Source: a virus (Duplodnaviria > Caudoviricetes). Taken from it: 40,053 bases of DNA. Of this stretch, positions 1 through 9,216 are shown piece after piece (within the stretch, counting starts at the first letter, position 1; every line of letters starts with the position of its first letter). The stretch is taken from positions 1-40,053 of IMG/VR virus record IMGVR_UViG_3300031577_000008; one strand, given 5' to 3'. The position numbers were made by a program, and so were the translations under genes. The notes beneath the pieces are model-generated. The model did no database searches, was not told the DNA's origin, and worked only from the letters and a program-made list of their open reading frames with translations.

Positions 1-29
1 TTCAAGACTGCTAAATGAAGTACTGCCAT
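1..29 (-). CDS. 5' end of a gene running off the window, probably the phage integrase
   Basis: ATG at 29 reads MAVLHLAVL on the - strand, directly beside the att core and arm-type repeats. Only 9 codons are visible, so the call rests on position. Confidence 0.35.
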
Positions 30-41
30 AATCTTAGTCAT

Positions 42-65
42 TTTCGACAAACATTTCGACAAACA
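42..65. repeat. Tandem 12-bp repeat TTTCGACAAACA x2, putative integrase arm-type sites
   Basis: Exact tandem duplication; a related pair lies at 278-301 on the other side of the tRNA fragment. Confidence 0.6.
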
Positions 66-128
66 TTTATGCTTGTACACGGGTAATTTGCCGTTTTTTT
101 TTGAAAGATTACAACTTTTTCTAGGAAG

Positions 129-160
129 AAAAAGAGCCGTAAATCGTTGATTTACAGCTC
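129..160 (-). terminator. Intrinsic terminator downstream of the tRNA 3' fragment
   Basis: GAGC-C-GTAAATC/GATTTAC-A-GCTC hairpin with an A-run on the + strand (U-run on -). Confidence 0.65.
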
Positions 161-170
161 GTTACTGGAG

Positions 171-214
171 GTGATCCCGATGCGATTCGAACGCATGACC
201 CACGCCTTAGAAGG
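171..214 (-). mobile_element. Attachment-site core: 3' half of tRNA-Arg(TCT)
   Basis: The - strand reads CCTTCTAAGGCGTGGGTCATGCGTTCGAATCGCATCGGGATCAC: anticodon loop CTTCTAA, T-arm ATGCG-TTCGAAT-CGCAT and the 3' acceptor strand. No D-arm or 5' acceptor strand is present upstream. Confidence 0.85.
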
Positions 215-277
215 ATATCACGAAAACAATATCTAATAGCGTGTTAATCAATTTTATAACTTTGCAAGAATCTAACT

Positions 278-301
278 CTCCGACAAGCATTTTGACAAGC
301 A
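278..301. repeat. Second tandem arm-type repeat pair CTCCGACAAGCA/TTTTGACAAGCA
   Basis: 12-bp period and GACAA(A/G)CA core shared with 42-65. Confidence 0.55.
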
Positions 302-326
302 AAAGCCTATTTTTGCACTTATCTTG

Positions 327-668
327 TTAATTAAAATTTGTTAGTTGATACCATGTAATACAATTCAATATAATAATTAAAACCACTAAAGGTATAGACA
401 ATAGATTGTTAATATGCTTACCTTTCGTCAGACCGGCAATCCATCCGGTCACAAAATATGCCCCGATAAAAAGCAATATAGGATGCCACCATGGGACAAA
501 GAAAAACATCCCGATTATCAAAGCGAAATAAGAAACATACCCTACCAAGCTAGAGCTCATTAGAAAGCTCCTTACCTTCCATGACGAACCTTTAAAATTT
601 TCATCCATATCTCCCAAATAAGAAGAAAGTAAAGCGATGAAGAATATGTAGATATAATAAAGTTCCAT
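327..668 (-). CDS. Small multi-pass membrane protein (accessory gene in the repressor operon)
   Basis: 113 aa, about 4 hydrophobic segments; start overlaps the upstream stop at 668. Confidence 0.7.
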   Translation of the reverse strand: MELYYIYIFFIALLSSYLGDMDENFKGSSWKVRSFLMSSSLVGYVSYFALIIGMFFFVPWWHPILLFIGAYFVTGWIAGLTKGKHINNLLSIPLVVLIIILNCITWYQLTNFN

Positions 669-1378
669 TATCTATAAATATCATCTTTATCATTCACACT
701 CTCATCACATTCAAACTCCCAATCAAAAGTAAATGCTTCGTTATTTATTGGAACTGTAAAAGTCAACTTATTACACTTGTGATATTTAATATTTATAAAA
801 CCCATTAATTCATTATTTCTGAATAAAGTATGCCTCTTAAGATATCCATCTTTCACAATTTCCAAATCATTCAAATGGTTTTCTTCAAGTTGTCTTGCAT
901 CATTCATCATATTTTGAATTCTATCAGATCCATTATCATAAATTGAGATATGAGAAACTTGTCCTCCTGAAACTATTTTTGCACTTGCTATCTGCTCTCT
1001 GTTATTGGCAAAAGCCTGAAATCCAACAGCTAATCCCATCAGTGTTTCTTGCCATGCCTGCTTACCTCTAACTATTTGAGTATATTCTTCAAAAGTTAAA
1101 ACTTTTCCACTTCTTTCCTTCTTCTTGTATTCATATGTAGCCATAAGATGAGTTGGGATGAAATCAAATCGTGTGATATCCTTATTCAGAATAGAAAGAT
1201 GTATGGAGTAATAGTCACCATAATAGTTGATAGGCTTCATATATGCAGAAATAAAATAATGTTCTGTATTATAGAACTTGATTAGCTGACCATCATAATA
1301 ATAACTATCTATTGTGTTTTGGGATTGTAAGTTTGATACAGTCAGAAGCACACTTATAAAAAATAAAAAACGCTTCAT
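668..1378 (-). CDS. Secreted/periplasmic hypothetical protein
   Basis: 236 aa with an N-terminal signal peptide (MKRFLFFISVLLTVSNLQSQ); co-oriented with the repressor. Confidence 0.75.
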   Translation of the reverse strand: MKRFLFFISVLLTVSNLQSQNTIDSYYYDGQLIKFYNTEHYFISAYMKPINYYGDYYSIHLSILNKDITRFDFIPTHLMATYEYKKKERSGKVLTFEEYTQIVRGKQAWQETLMGLAVGFQAFANNREQIASAKIVSGGQVSHISIYDNGSDRIQNMMNDARQLEENHLNDLEIVKDGYLKRHTLFRNNELMGFINIKYHKCNKLTFTVPINNEAFTFDWEFECDESVNDKDDIYR

Positions 1379-1476
1379 TGCACTTATGCTTTATTAAAAA
1401 GAAAACGATATAAATAAGTAGACCTAAGAAATAATATTTTTTTATTTCATTTTTTTTCCAGTCTTAAGATCTATAA

Positions 1477-1821
1477 TTACGCACTTTCGTGACCCTTCGT
1501 TTCTTGCAAGCCCAATTGCTCACGAAGCACTCTATTTTCACCCTTAAGCATAGCCAATTCTTCCTTCAATTCTTCAATAGTTTGATCCTTCTCTATTTCT
1601 GATATTTCCATATCTCCGATTCCACGCAACAGCCATTCAGATGAAACAGACGGGAAGGCTTCCAGAATATTGGAAATAAGGTCAAATGAAATAGATCTCT
1701 TACCCAAAAGTTGATTATTCACGGTTGTTTGTTCCATACCAATAGTAGAAGCAAAGTCTCTTTTTGATTTTGACTTTTCTTGAATAAGGCGCATAACCCT
1801 CTCTAATACGGCATTTTTCAT
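1477..1821 (-). CDS. CI-like HTH repressor
   Basis: Xre-type HTH (KRDFASTIGMEQTTVNNQLLGKR), EWLLRGIGDM motif and C-terminal coiled coil; divergent from a small basic HTH gene. Confidence 0.85.
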   Translation of the reverse strand: MKNAVLERVMRLIQEKSKSKRDFASTIGMEQTTVNNQLLGKRSISFDLISNILEAFPSVSSEWLLRGIGDMEISEIEKDQTIEELKEELAMLKGENRVLREQLGLQETKGHESA

Positions 1822-1848
1822 TATATAATTATTTAGAATTATTATAAA

Positions 1849-1980
1849 TAGGCTATTTGACCAAACTTTCCTTTTGTTTTATTTTGAAGTTAGGCCGTTT
1901 GACCTTATATTTGTATTCAGTTAGTAATCAAACACAAAACGATAGCTATTTCAAACGCTAAAGCCCGATTTGCAAAGATA
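1849..1980. promoter_or_regulatory. Lysis/lysogeny switch: two operator-like repeats and opposing promoters
   Basis: TAGGCTATTTGACC (1849-1862) and TAGGCCGTTTGACC (1891-1904); rightward TTTG(1883-86)-N19-TATATTTG(1906-13); leftward -7 box TATCTTTG (1980-1973). Confidence 0.65.
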
Positions 1981-2006
1981 CTAAACAAATTAAAAAGCAA
2001 CAAGAT

Positions 2007-2195
2007 ATGAAAAGAATTATTGTAGAAAGGGGAATGACAAAAACACTGGCCCGACTTTTTGAGTGTACAGACCAGTGTGTAAGAAATGCATTGAGAGGAG
2101 CCACAGAAACAGAACTCTCTCAGCGTATAAGAAGAGAAGCTCTCAAGCAAGGCGGCTTCTATAAGCCTAATCTCAGGAAAGCCGGATATGTATAA
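2007..2195 (+). CDS. Cro-like small DNA-binding protein
   Basis: 62 aa, basic, HTH-like (KTLARLFECTDQCVRNALRG); first gene of the rightward operon. Confidence 0.7.
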   Translation: MKRIIVERGMTKTLARLFECTDQCVRNALRGATETELSQRIRREALKQGGFYKPNLRKAGYV

Positions 2196-2287
2196 ACAGA
2201 AAACACGAATACTCTTATTGAAGTACTTTATGAAAGGTCTTAATATTTTAAGGAAACTATTATTCATCATCAGAAAAGTTTGTCGAT

Positions 2288-2506
2288 ATGAAAAGAGAAT
2301 ATAAACAATTAGCCTTGCTTATCCTTGGCTTCATCGCCATATTCTTCATTCTGGGATTAGCGGGCCGCACGGATTATACAGAACAAATCATCTATACAAT
2401 GCCCGATTCAGCTTATGACTCAATCAAAGCAGAACTCGGGAATAATTCAACAGATTACGAGATAGCTAAAGAATATATCAAATGCTCCAGCAGCCACAAC
2501 AAATAA
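2288..2506 (+). CDS. Hypothetical protein with an N-terminal transmembrane helix
   Basis: 72 aa ORF, hydrophobic N-terminus, in the operon. Confidence 0.6.
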   Translation: MKREYKQLALLILGFIAIFFILGLAGRTDYTEQIIYTMPDSAYDSIKAELGNNSTDYEIAKEYIKCSSSHNK

Positions 2507-2736
2507 GAGATATCCTCATGCACATGGAGGATATATACACTGTACTCCGCAAAAACGCCATCACATTTTCAAAGACAGAAGCGATGAAGATAGTCGGAGG
2601 AAGAGGAAGATTAGAACGTCTCGTCGCTTCTGGAAAGATACGTACTGCCAAATACGAAACTTACCAAAAAGGAAGATGGGAATGCAACGCAGAAGATGTG
2701 TTGAGATACGCATCGGATAAGAGCGAGCGAACGTAG
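2482..2736 (+). CDS. Excisionase-like/winged-HTH DNA-binding protein
   Basis: FSKTEAMKIVGGRGRLERLVASGKIR resembles MerR/Xis-type folds; early position. Confidence 0.5.
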   Translation: MLQQPQQIRDILMHMEDIYTVLRKNAITFSKTEAMKIVGGRGRLERLVASGKIRTAKYETYQKGRWECNAEDVLRYASDKSERT

Positions 2737-2978
2737 CGAATATTTCACCCGCTCACTTAGAAGTAAGCCCTTTGACGTAATTACATCTACCTCTCTGTTG
2801 ATTTAGTTTAGCAGTGTTTACCCTTAATAAGGTGGTGAGGATAGAATACCAGAGTAAAAAACTCGTGATAAATTTAAGTGTGAGAACAAACTGAACTTAT
2901 CATTTATATATAATCCCGTTCAGCTTTGATCGGCCGTTCGGGAACAGACATTAATATTAACTCAAAAGACATTTAGTT

Positions 2979-3134
2979 ATGAAAGCAATTGTAGAAAAAA
3001 AAATAGAAATTATTAGAAATTCTCACAACAGCCTGAATCAGACAGTAGATTATATCGGGATGAACAAGCGTACAGTAACAATATGCGTTTTATCCATTCC
3101 GATATATCAGCGGGTAGAGTTATTCTGTGATTAG
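2979..3134 (+). CDS. Small hypothetical protein (51 aa, not in the ORF track)
   Basis: MKAIVEKKIEIIRNSH...ELFCD* with an AT-rich leader; 3' end overlaps the convergent gene 3120-3305. Confidence 0.45.
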   Translation: MKAIVEKKIEIIRNSHNSLNQTVDYIGMNKRTVTICVLSIPIYQRVELFCD

Positions 3135-3305
3135 CTTCAGCACTTCATCATAACTCTCATCAACTGTCATACAACTCCAACGATCAGGATTCAATGGGGT
3201 AAAATAGACAACTGCATTATTCTCCGATTTCTTTATGAGAACAATATGGGAGACATTTATAAAGTAAGGTCTTCCACCAACAAATAATTCAATGAATTTA
3301 TTCAT
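3120..3305 (-). CDS. Counter-transcribed small hypothetical protein
   Basis: 61 aa (YFINVSHIV...VDESYDEVLKLI) with its own TAACTTTG -7 box just upstream. Confidence 0.7.
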   Translation of the reverse strand: MNKFIELFVGGRPYFINVSHIVLIKKSENNAVVYFTPLNPDRWSCMTVDESYDEVLKLITE

Positions 3306-3586
3306 TTTCTTAATTTTTAGTTTGACGATTCAAAGTTAAGAAAATCCCTCTGAAAAAGGCATGCAGCTGTAGACGGAATCTACCGGAGGGAACAAACCTT
3401 TAGAGAGTGCGATAAACAATAGCAGAAAAACTTTCATAGTCCACGAGGTACCATTATAAGGTGGTTGACACGACGGAAAGACGCCGAAGGAGTATAAAAG
3501 TGTTATTACGAATCGCACAGCGTGAATCGTTGTCTGCTCCGGGGAATACGCCTCGGAGCTTTTTTGTGAATTATAAAAGAGTAATT

Positions 3587-3814
3587 ATGGAAAATGCTGT
3601 ATTAGATGATTTGTATGTAGAACTTGAAAGAGTTTCTTCAATGACAGAAGCAGAGGTTAAGAAAGGCTATAATACCGATTCTAAAGCGGAGATATTAGCT
3701 CTTATAAATGCGGATATTGAATCTCTTAACAGGATACAATACGAGAATGAAGATTACGATGACGGAATGGACTACGATGAACTGTGCAGAGTTCAGGGAT
3801 TAAGCAGATATTGA
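3587..3814 (+). CDS. Acidic hypothetical protein
   Basis: Probable start MENAVL at 3587 after an AT-rich leader; stop at 3814. Confidence 0.65.
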   Translation: MENAVLDDLYVELERVSSMTEAEVKKGYNTDSKAEILALINADIESLNRIQYENEDYDDGMDYDELCRVQGLSRY

Positions 3815-3830
3815 ATTTAATTTTATAGAT

Positions 3831-4784
3831 ATGGGAAATTTTGCAATTACATTAGAAAAAATCAATGCTATGGCTCCCACGGAGATAGCTAATGATGAGA
3901 ACGTAAAACAGAAATTCATTGAGATATATGAAACAATCTGGGGAGAAGGAAAGGGCGAATCCGCCTATGCAAAGGAAAAATATTATTTCAACCGTATTGT
4001 AAGTGACAGTACCGAGATTAAAAACAAGTGCACCCGCTTCTCTGTCTTCAATGCTTTTCTGGATATTGCCGTGTGCGGACTGAGCCTTGAACCGGGTAAT
4101 AAGCCCCTACTCTACTTACGTCCGAGAAACTATAAAATCGGCGTGAACCAACAAAACAAGTCCGTTTATGAGGGCAGATGCATTCTGGAAATAAGCGGAT
4201 ATGGAGAATTGGCTTTAAGGGCACGTGTAGGACAAATACGTTACGCAGACAATCCGGTTATCATGTACGAGGGAGACACGTTCTCTGCCAAAGTCATTTC
4301 CGGACAAAAAGTGGTGGACTATGAATGCTGCATACCAAGGAAAAGTAACAAAATCATCGGAGCTTTCATTAAGATAGTCCGCTCGGATGGTTCCATTGAT
4401 TACTCATGGATGCTTGAAGATGAGATAGAACGGTTAAAAGGATATTCAGCCAAAGCGAACAAAAAATGGGATGAGAATCGAAGAACGTACGTCGAAGCTG
4501 CAAACTCATTATATTCTTCACAAAACGGAGGAATCGATTCCGGATTTCTCGGGGCGAAAATGATAAAACATGCCTTTTCCGCTTATCCCAAAATCAGGAT
4601 CGGACGCGGGACCATGCTTGCCACCGAACAGGAAGAAGACATAGACTACGGAGTAGCAAACGATATTCCGGAAAGGAATATGGAAGAACGGAATGAGAGA
4701 AATACACCATTCGGTGATGAAGTCAACAGTATCGGCGGCGGAGTTAAAGTAGAAGTAAACGAAGAAGAAAACGGAGCATTCTAA
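3831..4784 (+). CDS. recT: RecT-family single-strand annealing protein
   Basis: GLSLEPG...YL, ISGYGEL and YEGDTF motifs plus an acidic tail; near an exonuclease gene. Confidence 0.85.
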   Translation: MGNFAITLEKINAMAPTEIANDENVKQKFIEIYETIWGEGKGESAYAKEKYYFNRIVSDSTEIKNKCTRFSVFNAFLDIAVCGLSLEPGNKPLLYLRPRNYKIGVNQQNKSVYEGRCILEISGYGELALRARVGQIRYADNPVIMYEGDTFSAKVISGQKVVDYECCIPRKSNKIIGAFIKIVRSDGSIDYSWMLEDEIERLKGYSAKANKKWDENRRTYVEAANSLYSSQNGGIDSGFLGAKMIKHAFSAYPKIRIGRGTMLATEQEEDIDYGVANDIPERNMEERNERNTPFGDEVNSIGGGVKVEVNEEENGAF

Positions 4785-4786
4785 TT

Positions 4787-5974
4787 ATGAGCACAGAATT
4801 AATAAAATCAGAAAACATACAGAGTATTGCGAAACTGGCTCCCAATGCTCTGTTATCAAACCAGACAAGCGTACAGAAGTGCAATTCATTCGGTACGACG
4901 CTTTTGGCTAAAGCGGAGAATATGAATGATGAGGTAGATACGGAAATCGCTAATTACCTTCATCGGGTTGGCGAGACGTTAAAGGTCATGAATGAGCGCA
5001 GAAGTCCGGTAACCAAACTCTTTGATCAGGTAAGGTCCTGCTTTACCTCTCTTGAGAAAGAGATAGATATTAAAAGTCCGGGGACAGTGGCATATCAGTT
5101 ACAATTAAAAAGAAACGAGTATGCAAGGATGAAACTTCAAAAGCAGGAGGAAGAAAGGAAAAGGCAGGAAAGGGTACTTAAAGTCAATCAGGCTAAAGCC
5201 GATTACAAAGCGGCAATTGAGGTTGAGTATTCGGAATACCTAAACAGATATATAACGCATTCAATCAACGAGCTCAATCGCTTAAACGCATCTGTTACCT
5301 TAGAAAATTTTGAGGTCGTATCAGCGCAAATTAAAAACTTTCCTACCCAATGTTCTCCTGAACTCTTTTCTAAATACGTATCAAATGAGATGCTGCCGAT
5401 TCTTCTTGATTTCAATACAGTAAAGAGCATTCAGAAAGAGGTCATTGAAAGCAAGAGGAAAGCCTTTGAAGAACAATTCTCGTTTGAGATGGAGGGCAAT
5501 ATCAGCAATATAGTACGATTATTGCCATCAAAGCAAACGGAACTCAGAGAGATCGACGAGCAGAGAAAGGTCAATGCCAAAGCCGCTGCGGAAAGAGAGA
5601 AGGAATTAAAATTGAAAGAAGAGGAAGAGAGCCTGCGACAGGAAGAAATCCGGAAGAAAGAACAGGAAAAGCAAAAGCAGGAAATAGAAGTAAAGAAACG
5701 ACAGGAAAGCATGAATACTCTCTTTGATACCACGGCCGCTAATCTATCGGCCCCGGTCAAAGCAAGTGTGAAAAAGAAGATCGAGGTTCTTCATCCGGCC
5801 GGATTCCTGAATATTTTCAATATGTGGTGGATTAATGAGGGGCAAACTCTCCCGATTGATGAACTTGAGAAGAAGTTTAAAAGCCAGATAACCTTTTGCG
5901 AGAAGATGGCCGACAAGGGCGAAGAAATCAGTTCGGAGTATATCCGCTATGTGGATGATGTAAAAGCAAAATAG
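4787..5974 (+). CDS. Coiled-coil hypothetical phage protein
   Basis: 395 aa with E/K/Q-rich helical segments, between recT and the exonuclease. Confidence 0.8.
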   Translation: MSTELIKSENIQSIAKLAPNALLSNQTSVQKCNSFGTTLLAKAENMNDEVDTEIANYLHRVGETLKVMNERRSPVTKLFDQVRSCFTSLEKEIDIKSPGTVAYQLQLKRNEYARMKLQKQEEERKRQERVLKVNQAKADYKAAIEVEYSEYLNRYITHSINELNRLNASVTLENFEVVSAQIKNFPTQCSPELFSKYVSNEMLPILLDFNTVKSIQKEVIESKRKAFEEQFSFEMEGNISNIVRLLPSKQTELREIDEQRKVNAKAAAEREKELKLKEEEESLRQEEIRKKEQEKQKQEIEVKKRQESMNTLFDTTAANLSAPVKASVKKKIEVLHPAGFLNIFNMWWINEGQTLPIDELEKKFKSQITFCEKMADKGEEISSEYIRYVDDVKAK

Positions 5975-5975
5975 A

Positions 5976-6626
5976 ATGAATCCTGATAGTTACTATGACA
6001 GAAGTGAAGTCTCCAATTCAGACCTCACCGAATTAAAGAACACTCTTTATCCCCGTATTCAATATGGGGATAAAGAAAAAGCTTTCAAATTCGGGACTCT
6101 TGTAGATGCTATCATCACAGAACCGGAGCGGGTGAACTTTTTCCAACTGACAGTCGATAATATCCGGTATGATAAAGCGGATTTTGAGCTGGCAAGAGAT
6201 ATGTATGACTCTTTAATATCAGAATCAAAGAGAGATCGCTTTTTAGCGACTGTATTAGAGAACTCCGATACGCAACGGTTTATGGTTAACAAAGGGCAGA
6301 TATTCTCTTATGCTAATTTTCAATTTACGCTGGATACCCGCTGTAAATGGGACTGGTGGTTACCTGCTTTTGGTTTTGGAGGAGACCTTAAAACGACCTT
6401 TGCCGAATCCCAAAAGCAATTTGATGAAGCCGTGGACTTCTTTGATTGGGACAGATCACGTGCCTGGTATATGGATATTGCGGGAAGCGACAGAGATTTC
6501 ATATATGCCATCAGCAAGAAGAACTGCCGGATATTCAAGAAGTTCATAAACAGGGAAAGTGAAATATACAAACGTGGTAAAGAGAAGTATGAAGACTTAG
6601 CTTTCCGATATTGGATGATAGCATGA
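5976..6626 (+). CDS. PD-(D/E)XK exonuclease, RecE/DUF3799-like
   Basis: SNSDL, FGTLVD, RCKWD and DLKTT motifs. Confidence 0.75.
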   Translation: MNPDSYYDRSEVSNSDLTELKNTLYPRIQYGDKEKAFKFGTLVDAIITEPERVNFFQLTVDNIRYDKADFELARDMYDSLISESKRDRFLATVLENSDTQRFMVNKGQIFSYANFQFTLDTRCKWDWWLPAFGFGGDLKTTFAESQKQFDEAVDFFDWDRSRAWYMDIAGSDRDFIYAISKKNCRIFKKFINRESEIYKRGKEKYEDLAFRYWMIA

Positions 6627-7057
6627 AAATATTTTGTAGAGTTACAGAGGACGGCCTTATCCCGCTGTATGACAGTGATATGGATGAGAAGCGAAAGCTT
6701 AAAACAGGAAGCGATGTGGAAGTCGATATTAAAAATGCAAGAAACTATGAATTTCATAAACGCTTCTTCGCACTCATCGGTCTGGCTTTTGACAATCTGA
6801 ATGAAAACCTTCAAAAAGAGCTGCACATCTACACCAAAGACGATCTTCTCGTCAAGTTAAAGATGGACCTGCATCTTTATAAGGTTGTCAGACATGAAGA
6901 TCACGACTGTTTTGTTCTTGATTCCATCTCCTTTGAAAAAATGGATCAACGCGAATTTGAGAAGTTCTACGATAGAGTCGCTTATCGAATTATTAATGTA
7001 TATCTGAAAGGGGTTATGTATCCCCAATTGGAGGAAGAATTACACCGATTCTTATGA
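6623..7057 (+). CDS. DUF1367-like phage protein
   Basis: RNYEFHKRFFAL and SISFEKMDQREFEKFY; probable start 6623 with an ATGA overlap. Confidence 0.7.
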   Translation: MKIFCRVTEDGLIPLYDSDMDEKRKLKTGSDVEVDIKNARNYEFHKRFFALIGLAFDNLNENLQKELHIYTKDDLLVKLKMDLHLYKVVRHEDHDCFVLDSISFEKMDQREFEKFYDRVAYRIINVYLKGVMYPQLEEELHRFL

Positions 7058-8472
7058 GAGATATGCCGGAATTAAGTATAAAACACAATCTGAAAATTGT
7101 GCCTTATCACTACCAACAACAGGGTATTGCCAAAGGACTTGAATTGAAGAGATTCATAAACGGGGATGAACCCGGCTTGGGAAAAACATTTCAGGCGGCG
7201 GCGACAGTGGATATCGCCAACGCATTCCCGTGTCTGGTCATTTGTCCCTCTTCCCTAAAAATCAATTGGCAAAGGGAGTTTGAAAAGTTCACCCACCGCA
7301 GGGCACTGGTGCTTAATGATTCTGTCAAAACAACATGGAACTACCTGTTGGAGATGAAAACCTACGACGTTGCGATTGTCAATTATGAATCTCTCAAGAA
7401 ATTCTTTGTCTGGGATGTTCCCAAAAAGAACTGGCGTTTGAAAGATGTGGTATTCTCTCCATATATCAGGATGTTTAAATCGGTTATAGTTGACGAATCC
7501 CACAGGGTTAAAGATACCGGTACCCAACAAACCAAATTCACCAAGGGGATATGTATCGGAAAGGAGTATATAATTCTCCTGTCAGGAACTCCGGTTGTCA
7601 ATCGGCCCGCTGACCTGATATCCCAATTGGCAATAATGGACCGTCTGAAAGAATTTGGAGGTGTGGGAGGCTTTTATTTAAACTATTGCTCAGGAGATAA
7701 AGAAGCGTCCAATTTGCAGGAACTTCAAGAGTCACTCTATGATAAGTGCTTTTTCAGAAGAGAGAAGAAAGAAGTTCTCACGGAACTTCCTGAAAAAACG
7801 AGATGTGATATCTACACGGACATTACTAATCGTGACGAGTACGACGTAGCTTTTCAGGATCTTGAAAAATATCTTCGAGAATACAAACAAGCTACGGAAT
7901 GGGAGATAAAGAGAAAGTTGAAGAACGAGGCTTTAGTCAAGTTTATGGCTTTGCGTGGTATTTGTGCCAAAGGCAAAGTCAAATACGTGATAGATTATGT
8001 GAGAGACTTCACCTCAACAGGAAAGAAACTTATTCTTTTCTGCTCCCTTCATGATGTTGTGGATGACTTAAAGAAAGCGTTTCCAAAAGCTTTGTCCGTT
8101 ACAGGAAGAGATAGTCCGGCCATGAAGCAATATGCCGTGGATGCTTTTCAGAGTGATGATAACCGCAAGTTAATTATCTGCTCGATAAAAGCTGCCGGAG
8201 TCGGGCTCACGCTCACGGCTGCCAGTGACGTCGCATTTATTGAGTTTCCATGGACTTATGCCGATTGTTGTCAATGTGAAGACCGGGCACATAGAATAGG
8301 TGCCAAATATCCTGTGACATGCAGATATTTCCTCGGACAGGGAACGGTTGACGGCAGGATATACAACATGATACAATCCAAAAGGAATATTGCAAATACG
8401 ATTGTAGGCGCAAACGATGATATCCCCGAAGATACCCAATACTTTAACGAACTCATAAATTTAATTACATGA
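7054..8472 (+). CDS. SNF2-family helicase
   Basis: DEPGLGKT, DESH, LSGTP, GVGLTLT and QCEDRAHRIG motifs. Confidence 0.95.
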   Translation: MRDMPELSIKHNLKIVPYHYQQQGIAKGLELKRFINGDEPGLGKTFQAAATVDIANAFPCLVICPSSLKINWQREFEKFTHRRALVLNDSVKTTWNYLLEMKTYDVAIVNYESLKKFFVWDVPKKNWRLKDVVFSPYIRMFKSVIVDESHRVKDTGTQQTKFTKGICIGKEYIILLSGTPVVNRPADLISQLAIMDRLKEFGGVGGFYLNYCSGDKEASNLQELQESLYDKCFFRREKKEVLTELPEKTRCDIYTDITNRDEYDVAFQDLEKYLREYKQATEWEIKRKLKNEALVKFMALRGICAKGKVKYVIDYVRDFTSTGKKLILFCSLHDVVDDLKKAFPKALSVTGRDSPAMKQYAVDAFQSDDNRKLIICSIKAAGVGLTLTAASDVAFIEFPWTYADCCQCEDRAHRIGAKYPVTCRYFLGQGTVDGRIYNMIQSKRNIANTIVGANDDIPEDTQYFNELINLIT

Positions 8473-8660
8473 AGACAGTAACACTACGGGCTTCAAGCAT
8501 ACGAAGCATACTTCAGGCCATCGATACCCATATTAATAAACTCACTTCCGAGGGCGTAAACTACAACAAGTTGCGCCCTTTTATTTTAGCCGGAAAGGAA
8601 ATAAAAAGAAATGCTAATAGACCAAACAAATCTAAAGGAGCTTCAGGAAAGAGCAGATGA
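8469..8660 (+). CDS. Small basic hypothetical protein
   Basis: ATGA-coupled to the helicase. Confidence 0.5.
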   Translation: MKTVTLRASSIRSILQAIDTHINKLTSEGVNYNKLRPFILAGKEIKRNANRPNKSKGASGKSR

Positions 8661-8781
8661 ACTCTATGACTTCCTTATAGCAAACTTCTTCGACACTGAT
8701 ATAAAAACCTTCGAAGAGCATGCACGAGAATATGCCGCATTGACGGTCAGAATTTATATTTATAAACTTAAAAACTTATAG
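8611..8781 (+). CDS. Small hypothetical protein (56 aa, not in the ORF track)
   Basis: MLIDQTNLKELQERADELYDFL...YKLKNL* fills the gap up to 8785. Confidence 0.5.
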   Translation: MLIDQTNLKELQERADELYDFLIANFFDTDIKTFEEHAREYAALTVRIYIYKLKNL

Positions 8782-8784
8782 CTT

Positions 8785-9216
8785 ATGGACAAATTTTTAG
8801 CTCAGGAAGTACCTGAGGATGATCGGTTTGAGTTCCTGAAGGACAATGCCGATGCAATTGAGGAGATTGGATATACTCACCGGTTCACTCCCGATGAGTT
8901 AGCACAGAAAAAAGAATCTCTCGCTGAAACGTCTATTTCAATCAATGACATTGAGATAGAAAAGAAAGCGGTAATGGAAGAATATAAGGAGCAGCTTAAA
9001 CCTCTGAATGTAATAAAGCAGACTCTTCTTGAAAATATCAAGAAAGGTTCTGAATATGTGGAAAATGAGGAATGCGCCAAAATCCTTTATCATGAAGAAA
9101 AGATGGTGGGGTACTATAATAAGCTTGGCGAACTTGTTTATTCACGCCCGATTATGCCACAGGAGATGCAAAAGACAATTTTTAGTATTGACCGTAAAAC
9201 AGGAACAAAATCATGA
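8785..9216 (+). CDS. Hypothetical phage protein
   Basis: 143 aa, coupled to the next gene. Confidence 0.8.
   Translation: MDKFLAQEVPEDDRFEFLKDNADAIEEIGYTHRFTPDELAQKKESLAETSISINDIEIEKKAVMEEYKEQLKPLNVIKQTLLENIKKGSEYVENEECAKILYHEEKMVGYYNKLGELVYSRPIMPQEMQKTIFSIDRKTGTKS

Noticed and set aside
171-214. Complete tRNA-Arg gene
   Set aside because: The 5' half (acceptor 5' strand and D-arm) is absent, so it is treated as an att core.
5203-9080. Numerous - strand ORFs within the early operon, and similar shadow ORFs elsewhere (e.g. 1917-2270, 19971-20507, 26868-27431)
   Set aside because: They are antisense shadows of well-supported genes, with no motifs or promoters of their own.
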